Part shown: piece by piece, positions 52,471 to 64,000 of the stretch
Layout of the letters: every line of letters starts with the position of its first letter
Numbering within the stretch: the first letter of the stretch is position 1
Made by a program: the position numbers and the translations under genes
From: the human T2T-CHM13v2.0 reference genome, Homo sapiens
Reading direction: 5' to 3' (one strand)
Length of the DNA: 64,000 bases
Assembly (NCBI RefSeq): GCF_009914755.1
Contig: NC_060925.1
Notes under the pieces: model-generated
Told to the model about the DNA's origin: nothing
What the model saw: the letters and a program-made list of their open reading frames with translations, nothing else
Databases searched by the model: none

Positions 52471-54749
52471 AAAGACATTCAATAAGGATACAAAGAAAGT
52501 CTTATATTATCCTACCCCTGTCTACCCTTGAGGTAATGTTTAGTGTCTTTTTATTTGTTTAATATTTTGTTTGGTTTTAATTTTTAATTTAAATGCACTT
52601 ATGATTTTATCCTGGCAATTTATTACCACAGGATTTTTAAACCCATCATTTTAAAGTGAACTTTGTCTTCAGTTCTGTATTTCATTGTATGTATATGTTC
52701 CTTGAAAATCCAATTTGGCAGTAAATATTAAGCAGATACAAGATTCTGCAGTCAAATACATTTGGCAATTCTGGCTTAGGCATAGTTTTTTATCAAATGA
52801 CATTTCACTTTTTTTATTGCACTAATATTTATTGTGTATCTCTGAGAATTGATTAATTTTAAAGGATTTACCAAACATATCTGCCAAATATTTTGGTTTA
52901 TACAGAATATTTCAAAGAGTTAGGGTTTCGTGGAATAAACCTTGAGAATGTGAGCCTATAATTTGTGCTTTGTCTTAGTAATTAAGAATCACAGTTTACC
53001 TTAATCATAAAATGACTTGGGTAACTTTTATCTTTGTCTATGATGTGGATTACACAGCCCTGGAGTAACTGTTCCATAAAGGAATTTAATAATGAAACTG
53101 TCAGTTCCTATTTTTTTTTGTTTTTTCATGGATATCAAAATATATAACTTAAAATACAACATTTAAAAAATTCTCCATCTCTACCCTTCATCTCAATTTG
53201 ATTCTACTTAAAAACCCATAAGTTTGCATTTTGGCATGACCTACCATTCCTTCCACAGATCCAAAAAAATCAATATGCCTCACTAAGCATCTCTTTTACT
53301 GAGTTCCTACAAATCTGAACCTTGAGAACTCCTGACAAAGTACGGTCTATACATACAGACCCACAGCAGCCAAACAAAGCACTAGATAAGCACAGAAGCT
53401 CCCTCATCCTGCTCAGAAAGAAGCTGGGAGAAGACAGATTTCTTTCCTAAGTACTGCAATTATTTTGAAATGTGGCTCACCAAATTGAGCATGCCATATG
53501 GAAAGGAAGACTCAAAACTGTAACTCATTAAAAAAATTGACATTCCACCTTTTTGTTAACTGAAACCGTGTTAAATCTTATTAAGAATAATTTTAGTTAA
53601 AGAAACTATTTAAACACCTATGAAACATCTTAACCACATTAACTGAAAAGTATTAGGCCCCATTTTGCAGTATCTAGATTCATGGCATATATCATAGCTG
53701 GCCTTTCATTTCAGATTACCCTTAAAAATAAAAAATATATATATATTTAAAAAGTATTCACTTCTTAAGTCTCATTTTAACAAAATATTCTCCATTTTGA
53801 ATAGCTATCTTAATTTATATATTTTAAAATCTACTTTTTTTTTCCTTTTTTTCTTTCACCTAATGAAAGAAGAATCACCAAGGTGTGAGACAGAAATTAT
53901 CTAAGGCTGTACCAAACAGAGTGCTAAGTGTTCTTTCTTATATTAAATATTTCAATATTGTCCACATTGTCCATTGCCAGTCCTATAGAATATACTTCTT
54001 TAAACAAAATTATGTTAAATTGCTATTTATTACATTTTATCTTCTTTCATCATTAATGATTTAAAAAAATAAAAGCATCTGCTAAACAATCTTTGTAGAG
54101 TTTTTATAGACTCAGCCTGTGGGTTATTACTATTATGTATACAAATGAAAGTGGGAGGGTTCTGTTATTAGTAGGAAAGATGGAGCTTTTAATCATGTAG
54201 TGTGTTGTTCTGTTGAATCCTTAGGTCATGTGCTGTACAAAGTATCTATTCATATCCATTCATAAACATTTATTAAGAAATACATACTGTGCTTAATGTA
54301 AAATGTATTTCCCACTGTGAATTGTGAAGGAAGTAGACAAATAAAGAGACAAAACAATGGAATAAGAAGGATGATTAAAGTAGATCAAACCAGGTGAAAA
54401 TAAGGAGACAAAAGCACTATGGTCAAAGGCAATCGCATAGTACAGTCAATAATCAAGAAAAATCATCACTTTCGTCTGGAAACTCCAATTCTATGAAACT
54501 CCAACATTAAGCAGTTAAACGCTTATTGGGAAAAAGAACAGTTCTGCTGGATCACCGACGGAAAAGCTATTATAAAATTATTTTCACGTTTTTAGAACAA
54601 AATCACATAAGACAGTAAATAAAGGCAACCTGGTACTTAATCACTTTACCTTTCTACTAATAAATGAGAACACTTTCAATTTGTTACTTCTTGCTTCTTG
54701 GAAAACTTATAGGATTTTCTTCTCCTGAAAAATGTGAAAAAGTTTTGTT

Positions 54750-55680
54750 CTCCATTCACCTATTTATTGAGTACTATTAAGTGTCAGGCACAGTACTTAG
54801 TTTTGGCAAAGACACTGGTATGTAAAAACCAGCATGACTGCTTCCTTGATGGAACTTAGAGTTTAGTGGAAGAGATAGAAAATAATAGCTAATGTACATG
54901 TATACAACTACAGAAAGAAGAGGCCCCAGAGTTATGACTTCCGTTCATAGTGGAATTTGACCTAAGCAGGTGGTTCGGACTTCAATGCAAGAGTCATGCT
55001 TAAAATAAAAATGATGTCAAGCTTTCAGCCTTTATTCGGTAGAGAAGGTTAAGCATTCTAGGTAGAAGGGAGGTTAGCATGATGGAGGCAGTAAAAACAA
55101 AACAACAACAACAGGACTCTGAAGCAGAGAAAAAATAAATAAAAATGTGAGATGAGAATAAAAACATAGGGAGAATAGTGTTCATGTAAGAAATTCAGAA
55201 CAAATTAACACGCTTTGCCTATACAAGACACGTGGAATATTTTAACAAGTATTAAGTATATGGTAACACAATCATATTTGTCTATCACAAAGGTCATTTT
55301 GTTGTCATGAGATGAATGGTTTGGAATAGAGCCAGAGGGAATATAGGTAAGCCACACATATATATATAGCTCTTGCTATAAAGAGGTTATGATCATTTAG
55401 ATAAATAAGGTGGTGACTAAGAAGTACAGAAGTGGATAGATTTGCAGGGTGTTTAGGAGGTAAAATCTATGGGATTTGTTGATTGTGTATTCTGTAACAA
55501 AGCAGGAAGTGTTAAGAATGCCTCCTACGTATCTGGATTGCTCAAAAGAATGAGCAGTAATTGCTATCTCAGAGATGGGGACATTTTGGGAAGAAATACA
55601 AATTTTATTTTGGACATATTTAGTTTGAGGAATCTAAGAGGAAATGGAACAAAAACAGTTGCATTTAAAAGTTGTAATGA
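54750..55680 (-). mobile_element. L2 fragment
   Basis: cattcacctatttattgagtactattaagtgtcaggcacag (antisense L2 tail); ttttggacatatttagtttgagg. Confidence 0.75.
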
Positions 55681-58600
55681 AAGCCATAGTAACTGACCTA
55701 AGACTATTTATTTGGTCATCATTTTCAAGTTATTTTGGGGGCATATTTGTAACCACAAATGTAAAGAGGAAAAGCTGAGGCCTCAGCTTGATTCTCCTTG
55801 CCCTCCACAGCCTTGCAGCTAAACATTATACATTGAGAGCAAAATCTTAGATGAAACTCCATCACATAAAATAGTTATTAATCCCTATTTTGTAAGATCA
55901 AACAGGTTTACATATTGACAAATACATGGGAACAAACACATGGGAAAAAACAGTTCATACCACAAAAGTATGAAAATGTACTAAAGGCAGGTTCAATAAC
56001 CAGCTTGTGGAATCAGGTGACTGAAGTTGCTGTTAAATGGAAACAGGTTTGAAAAGGTTCCCTAAAGCGTTAAGCTACTGTGCTCTCCGTGTTCTTATAA
56101 TCCAATCCCACAAGGGCAGAGGCAAACAAACAATATTTTCTTGCCAACCTCATGTCTTGAAAGATATTTCTAATTCATCTTATGTTAATTTGAAAGGATT
56201 TGGGCACAGAACTATTGACACTTGAAACTGGCAATAGTTGGTACCGGTTCCTGATTAGAGTTCTTCACAAGCTGATTAGCCATCCCTAGACATTAATTTG
56301 CATGGACACATATCATAACACACTACCCATACTGCTATATTTATAGAATTACAGATAATATAACTAAAATGTAAGATATATTCCCAAAAGAAAAATATAA
56401 GAAGAAATGATAAAATTAAAAAAGGGCCTAGAAATGATCCCTGAGGAACTACATCATTTAATGGTGGCTTACAGAAGAAATGAGCTTGCAAAAAACATAA
56501 GAGAGAGAGAGAGTATGTGTGTGTGTGTGTATACCTATGGAGTGTATGTGTGGGTCTACAGGTATGTATCACATGACCACATGCATGTTCATAGCCTCCA
56601 TGCACATGTAAATATTTCTTCATATAAACTTTTCTGACTTTAATATTAGAAAGAACTTACACTGGTTTTCTGAAGCTCACTGTGATATCAGAAATCCGTT
56701 TCTAAATATACCTTTACTCCCTTCCCAGTAATACAATAATACAAAAGGTCAATCGTTCTAAGAATTATGTTTCCCTTTTTCCTTTTTTTAAGGCTTAACT
56801 TTCAAAAACAAGCAAGCATAATGCCTATTCTGCTTTCCTTTGAATTTATATTTCGTCGTCCTCTCATCAGTTTACCTTAAAAAAAGGGAATTCTTGATAG
56901 GAAAAGTTTCAACATCGTGACCAGTTAAAAACAAATTCTACTGGTTATAAAGAAGATTTAATAAAATTTTTCATCAAAAAGTCAACTGTAAAATGCATTA
57001 CTCTGGTGCAGTATGATCATAAACAAAAGCATTTCGAGTAGGGCAAATGTGAATAGATGAGGCCAGTGAAGAAAGCAGGGACAAATTATAAATTATTTCA
57101 TATACAACACTAAGATATTTGCATTACCCTGAAGACTCTAACAGCACAAATGAAGAATTTTAAGCAAGAGAATGAAATCATTTGGGAAGTGTTTGAGGTC
57201 ATCAGTAAATCAATATCTACTGATATTGTGAGTGGTTCCTACTGCCCCAAGCAGCAAATATATTTACACTAAACTATTAGTCTCAGGCTGAAAATCACTT
57301 TAATACTGCCCATGAAAATCACCCAAGTGAATTTATAGCTCTAACCAGAGCAAATAATAGATACAGAAATGCTACTAAATTCAGTCTAAAAGGATTTTCT
57401 AAGTTGTGAGCCCTTTATTCTCTACAACCTACTTTTCTTTTTGCTTAAATTTATTTTACTTATCTCATTCAGCCCTTAAAAGTAAAGTGTATATCCAAGA
57501 AATAATATAGAAATATTAGCTTACACACTATTTCCATTATATGTTTAAAGATATGTTCACAGATTTGATAAAAATAAAATAATATATGTATACATCCCAT
57601 CTTCTTTACTATCAAGAAGTTAGTAAGATTAACACTCAATTTAAATGTCCTTGCACATGTGAAATATGAAATAGGACCAAATAAATATCAGCTAATTTAA
57701 ACGATTTGTACACATTTATTGCATTTCCAAAAGAATATCTTGCTAGCTGCTGCCAGATAACAAGACCAAATAGTCTCTAGTCAACATTTTCTGGAAATTA
57801 AATGAGGCACAAAATAAGCTTTGTTTTATTCTATCAGAAATGGTCCAAATGTAACCATTAAAAATAAAAGAGAAAGTACAGCTTAACATGTCTCTTCACA
57901 TTGTAAGCAATGAGAATTACTCTCACAATAAGACTGACTCTTATTTTTATGTAACTACTTATTTGAATTCAATTCTTAAAGTGTAATATTAAAATATCAT
58001 GTTCATCAACAGAGAAACTTTGTCATAATGATAGCCCTTTCAGTTTCATAATAAGCTCTGCTTAAAATCAACTGAAAAATTTCTCCCTTCTAAGAGATGG
58101 TTAATGAACTTATATCCATTTCATGGACTATAATATTCATAGATAATTCTGTAATATACAAACATAACCATATGTGAGTAACAACACTGTTGAAAGGAAG
58201 CTGAGCAGTCCATGAGCATTCAACTAACCTTTCTGTCAATGGTACATTTAATTGCTTATAAGCTAGTATCAAATACATCAGTATCTTTACAGAATGGCCT
58301 CTTAGACCAAAAAAAAAAAATTACTGCAAATTACAACTGTTTTCCTGATCAATGATATTTGTTCAAAGAGCAGTGTCAGAAGGTCAATGACACATTCTAA
58401 ACTAAAGAAAGTTACTGGAAAACATAGTCTGTGTTAGCATTAACCTAACGGACATTGCTCTTATGACTTTAATTTTTAGAAAATTTGTCAGAGACTTAGC
58501 ATATCAGATTCTTTAAACTCAAGGAGATTAAGGTAGGCAATAATATTGCAATTAAGATGCTACCATTCAATAAAAGCTTCTACTCTGTATTTTTTTCAAA

Positions 58601-59639
58601 ACACATGACAAAAAAATTAAGCAAAAGATAGATTTCTTTAAATCCAACATGTACAATAAATATACTATTCTCTATACTTTTTCACTCCATGAGACGCATT
58701 CAACTAAAAATAACATTTAACGGTCATTATTCTAATTGTCTTTATCTTCATTCTTAGCAATTATCAATGTCATAGAATAACAAACCCATGATGACACTGA
58801 TGAAAAGTATGGAGCAAGCTGTGGAACCACAGCTTACTGGTTGGGAATAACTGATTGATCTAGTCCAACTCGTTTCTCTAAAGAAGCAGCATCTTAGGGC
58901 AGTAAGGGTAAAAATCTTGACCAAGATTCACTCTACTCATAGGAGGTAGCCCTAGAAATACAATAAAGCTTTTCATCAATTACCCCCAACTTTGTGGAAG
59001 TTAAATAAGCCTTCTCTGTGAAATCTTTGAAATTAGACATATCTTCATTTTTGAGATATATCAATTAGGAAGAGAGCCAGTTACCTACAAGTACTTTGTT
59101 TATTCAGGGGCTGTATTCTAAGTCCACATTTAAAACCTAGTGAACTAAACCAGTAATAGTTATTAAGCTACTAATTAACTAAGACAAATGTTCCAAATAA
59201 GATGAAATTTAACTAAGCTATACTGTCTTTCCTAAGTGAAAAATTTGTCTACTGTGTCTTCCTTCCACTTATGTAATGTAAAAGAACTCACTTAATATCA
59301 CTCTTTTTACTACCACCTGTCTTTACCCATTAGAAATGTAGATCTATAAAGTTTTGATCCCTGTTTTAAATATTTGTTGCAAGGTTCAAAACATGGCTAG
59401 TATGAAAAGAATAATATAGTTCATTAATTGGCCTTCATTGTTAATCGCTTTGGATGAAATTGAACTTAAAGTAAAATCACTGTTTCACTGTTTCATTTTT
59501 TCTTTCTCTTTCTTTCCATCTTCAGTGAAATATTTTGCCTCAAATGTATGATAAAAACTCAGTTTCATTTCCAGAACATATTTTATGTTATCAAAAGAAA
59601 AAAATTGTGATACAAGCAAATGATCGAAAATAATGGAAA

Positions 59640-60270
59640 ACATGTATTACAGAGCAGTTGGTGGTAGATGGTGTAGCAATATTTTTAAGACCCTGAACTG
59701 AGTTGTCAAGAAAGATTTCTTTAAGTATTTGACATATAAGCCAAGACCTAAAGGAGGCCGAAAGCTAAGTAAAGAACATACAAGGAATCAGAAACATTTA
59801 GTTCAAAACCCACACGTCAGGAATCATCATAACATCATCAAGGAACAAAAAGAAAGCTGTGGTGAGGAAGCCTATTGAAGGAGAGAAAGTACGATGTAAG
59901 TTGGGGTCAGAGAGATAAGCATTATAAGGGAGCAATTATGTTGAAGACAGACCAGATCATCCAGGCAAGAGATAATGGAGCATAAAAGGAGTAGTGACAG
60001 TGCAGAGCTGGATGTAAAGATTTGGGAGGTAGAGCCAATAGGGCTTATCAATGGATTGAATACTCAGTGTGAAGAAAGGGGAGGAGTCCAGATATGCCAA
60101 GTTTTTTTCACTTCTTTTAAGGGATAGGGTGAATAGTGGAGTAACTGACAGAGAAGATAGACGAAAAAAGTTGTCTGGAAAGACAGAAGAATTAACAACG
60201 TTTTTTTGGTGCTGCAGTTATCAGCTTCTAGATGATCTTGAAATCCGTCTACCTCTATGAGCATCTAGGC
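59640..60270 (-). mobile_element. L2 fragment
   Basis: atccaggcaagagataatgg; ttgggaggtagagccaatagggctt; ccaagtttttt. Confidence 0.6.
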
Positions 60271-60529
60271 AGATAGAGAAGTCAGGCCACCGAGAGCAGG
60301 AAGAGCCTTGAAAACTTTCTCTCTAACTCTTACCAAAGGTCTGGAAAGAGAATGATATTAGGAAAAGTTAAATGAAAGTGTAAATTATTCTTCCACTGCT
60401 CTATGTTTTCTAATGGATCTCCTAGGATAAAGTTGAATCTTGGAAAACACCATAATTTTCACCACAACATGTCATCCCCTGAAAAAAGAATTGCTTTCAA
60501 ACTACTGATAAGGCTTCAATGCATGAAAA

Positions 60530-60740
60530 AGAAGGCAGAGCATGGTCAGAGAAACCCAGACTCATTTCTGATGTCCAACTTACTTAAAAACTCACTTAAC
60601 TCCCTCTGACCTTATTTGTCTCATCTATAGACAAGAGATAATAAGTATCTCAGTGTCTTAGAGCTATTACTGGAATTAAAAGAGATAATGCAAGCAAAAC
60701 TCTAAGGCAATAGGCAGGGAGCCAATGCTATTTGCACATT
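60530..60740 (+). mobile_element. MIR fragment
   Basis: tcacttaactccctctgaccttatttgtctcatctata...gaattaaaagagataatgca. Confidence 0.65.
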
Positions 60741-62679
60741 ATAAAAATTTTTATAAAAAATATATTGTATTATTATATATAACATTTCTGTATTATTTTG
60801 CCTACATAATGAAATTCCTGACTTCTGCAAGAGGGAAAATATTAATTTCATTGAGAAACGTGTGTTTTGTTTTTCTCTAACTATGTATTTACTCTCTCTA
60901 ATGAGAGCTAAGTAAAATTGCATTACCTGCCCTCTACTGTGTGGCCTGGAAGCTTTTTATAATGTTTATACAATGTTTATACTTAATCCCGACTCTGTTG
61001 ACTTATAGTTTTTTCTGTTTCTGTTATAATAATCCAATTTCATGTCTACTTTAAAAGCTGTCTCAAATCCTATTGTTGAAGTTTATATAATATTCTTCTT
61101 TCTCCGTTTGACAAATGAGTAGATTGAGGCTCAGGAAGCCTGTTATTCAACTAAAGTCACACAGCAAGAAAGAGGTACACCAAGATATCTTCAAATCTAA
61201 TGACTTTTTTTGTTTTGTTTTCTACCTAACGACACTCTAGATAGCTGTATATAAATATGCCTCTGTGAAAAATAAAACCTAAGAAGAACAATCATTTTTT
61301 TAAACTAAAAATATTTCCCCTAAATTGTGGCAATAAAAATACTACTTCATGTTTGAATAGCACTTTATAAATTACACAATGCTTTTATATAAATGAGCTG
61401 GATCTTTGCAGTTATTCAGCACTGGGCCCTGTTTGAATTTATAATCATAAAATGGGAAAAATTTAGAGAAAGGCAAACAAACAAACAAACAAAAATCCTG
61501 GGGAGAACAGTTAAAGCATTTGGGGAATATTTGGCTTGTAGAAAAGAAGACCGAGTACTCTCAATTGTCAATATTAAAGATAATTATAAAGCAGAGAATT
61601 GAAAGTGGTTTTCCACCTTCACAGTAGGCACACTAGAGGGAACAAGCTCATATGAAATTCTAATGAGATATTTAGAACATCCTAAAATCAATGTGCTAGC
61701 AAACCAGGAACCTAAAAATAAATACCCAAAACTTATACATAAAGACCTAACAAAGACCTATAATAAATGTAATTCAATGGGCTAACAGACAGGCTCTATA
61801 AAAAGAATATTAAGTGTCCCAATGAACCTGGATTATTAGGGAAAATCAGAAATACTCTATATAATATTTGCAAAGCAAGATGTTAGTGGAAGATAATGTA
61901 ACCCTGGTATATTAACCTGGGTAGGAGATATCATCAGTTTAAGCAATGCATGTAGAAAAAGAAGACATTGCTAAAATAAGTATCTCAACACACTCTGAAT
62001 CAAAATACTTTAAAATATCCTGGGAAAGATCATGGACAAGAAAAAGGTTATTTCATCATATATGATGAAATAATTTAGACAATGTACTAATAGGAAATCA
62101 TGAGAAGAAAAGCAATGAATCACAATCTTCATTATAAGGACTCTATACTCAGTTGAAATGTAAAAATATCTGCACAATTTCAGGAGGTGGGTAATAGAAA
62201 AGGCACTAATAAAGAAAAAAGAATAAAAAATGAAGAATTTTAAAAGAAAAATTGACTTTATGATGTTTTAAAAAGATGTATGAATTCAGCATAAGTTTGG
62301 TTGCTTGAGGGTAGGAAAATGCTTTTATAATAACAAAAATGTACTATAAAAGCTCTGACGTTGACTATGGTTTAAAATAGACAACCATCTGGGTAGGATG
62401 GTATAGAAAGGGCTGTGTTTGAAGAAGTGGAAAATAAAAAAATATTCTCAAATCCATTTTAGTAATATGGTTCTTTATAAAAATCTTCTGCTACAATTAT
62501 ATTTTTATCAAATTCTCATTGCATTTTCACTCATTTTTGCTTTGTATATTTAATGGCCAAGTGTTTTAGATACCATAGGTGAAGACCCTATCTACTAACA
62601 CATTGTGTCTTTCATCCCTATATAATGCCTCCCACTGCCCGGTAAAGGTTTTTGTTTTGTTTTACTTTTAATCAGAGAT

Positions 62680-63570
62680 TCCACTTTGTCATTGCCTAGG
62701 TACTCTCTTCTAATCCTGTGATTTTAGTGATCATTCATATGTTGATGATTACCAAATTTACACATTAATCCTAATCCCTCTACTGAACTCCAGGATCCTA
62801 TAGCTAAATGGCTATTTAACATCTCCCCTTGTATTTCTAAAAGTTATGTAGAATATAATGAACTCCTTATTTCCATTCCTTTCCAGATTCCTTTCCAGAT
62901 TTTCTTATCCTTGTATGTATGTGGCACCATCATTCACAGTTTTCCAGATTACAAACCTCAAAGTTATTCTTTTTTTTGTCCTCACACCTTATATCTAGTT
63001 TGTAATCAAAAGTGTGTCACTTCTGTCTTTAAAGCAGATTGCAAATCCAATCACTGCCTACTTCCTTGCTACCATTCTAGGTCAAGATTTCATAACCTCT
63101 TTCCTGGAGTCCCACAGTAACCTCCCAGCCAGTATTTCTGCTACTGCTCTTGTCTCCCCACAGCCTGTTCTCCATATAGTATCCACAGCATTTTTATTAA
63201 AACGTCTATCTGAGTACGTTCTTCAAATAAGTAAATAAAGCTTCTGTCCCAGAGCTCTGCACTGACTCCTCCTCTGCCTAGCACACTTTAACTAGACATA
63301 TGCATGGTTTATTTGAATACTTCATTTATTTCCCTATTCAAATTCTACTTCTGTAGAGAGCAATTCCCTGAACACCCTACCTAAAAAAGGAGCCCATCTG
63401 CCTCCATCCTCGCCACAGATTTATTTTCTCATTTTTTTATTAGCTGACATTATATAATGTCAGCTAATGATTATTGTCATTATCCCTAAGTTAAAAAAGA
63501 TTTTGATCATTTTAATTACTGCTCCAGCTCTAGCAACCTAAAAGAAATTCAAAATTACGCTTACTGAATT
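62680..63570 (+). mobile_element. L2 fragment
   Basis: tgttgatgattaccaaattta; ctctactgaactccag; gtggcaccatcattcac; agtaacctcccagccag. Confidence 0.75.
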
Positions 63571-63619
63571 AATAAATATTCGCATTGTTAGTGCTATATC
63601 CCTCTTAATCCCTCTTTCT

Positions 63620-63951
63620 TTTTTTTTTTTTTTTTTTTTTTTTTTTCCTTTTTCTTTTTTTTTGAGACTCCATCTCACTCTGTTGCCCAGGCTGGAGTAC
63701 AGACACAATCTCAGCTCACTGCAACCTGTGAATCCCAGGTTCAGGCAATTCTTATGCCCCAGCCTCCCGAGTAGCTGGAACTACAGACGTGCGCTACCAC
63801 ACCCAACACATTTTTTTTTTTTTTTTTTTTTTTGTATTTTAGTAGGATGGAGTTTTACCAAGTTACCCAGGCTGGTCTCAAATTCCTGAGTTCTGCTTGC
63901 CTTGACCTCCCAAAGTGCTAGGATTACAGGCATGAGCCACCGTGCCAGGCC
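63620..63951 (-). mobile_element. Alu (full-length, older subfamily) with TSD
   Basis: Poly(T)gagact...ctgttgcccaggctggagt...cctcccaaagtgctaggattacaggcatgagccaccgtgccaggcc; TSD cctctttctttt on both sides. Confidence 0.92.
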
Positions 63952-64000
63952 AGTCCTCTTTCTTTTCATTTGCACTTTTTTGTTATCCCTTTGTAAAGTT

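Overview
Primate genomic DNA (human or a very close relative; AT-rich, with Alu, L1PA and MaLR elements) lying entirely inside KCNT2 (Slick/Slo2.1, a Na+-activated K+ channel), which is transcribed on the minus strand. Five coding exons with canonical AG/GT ends splice in frame: 41647-41827, 40176-40340, 37923-38059, 35122-35185 and 10666-10774. They encode the end of S5, the pore helix and TVGFGD filter, S6, and the start of RCK1 (about residues 213-431, probably exons 9-13; numbering from memory). The rest is intron, dominated by L1, L2, MIR, Alu, MaLR LTRs (including a two-LTR MST element) and DNA-transposon relics. I found no new protein-coding system. The most notable unexplained structures are (1) a 131-bp-arm, about 95% identical inverted repeat with an AT-rich spacer at 49524-49939, (2) an L1PA insertion with an apparent 3' transduction at 22454-22836, (3) inverted repeats flanking an in-frame exon block (circRNA candidate), and (4) candidate cryptic or poison exons. 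Repeat subfamily calls and boundaries were made by eye and are approximate.
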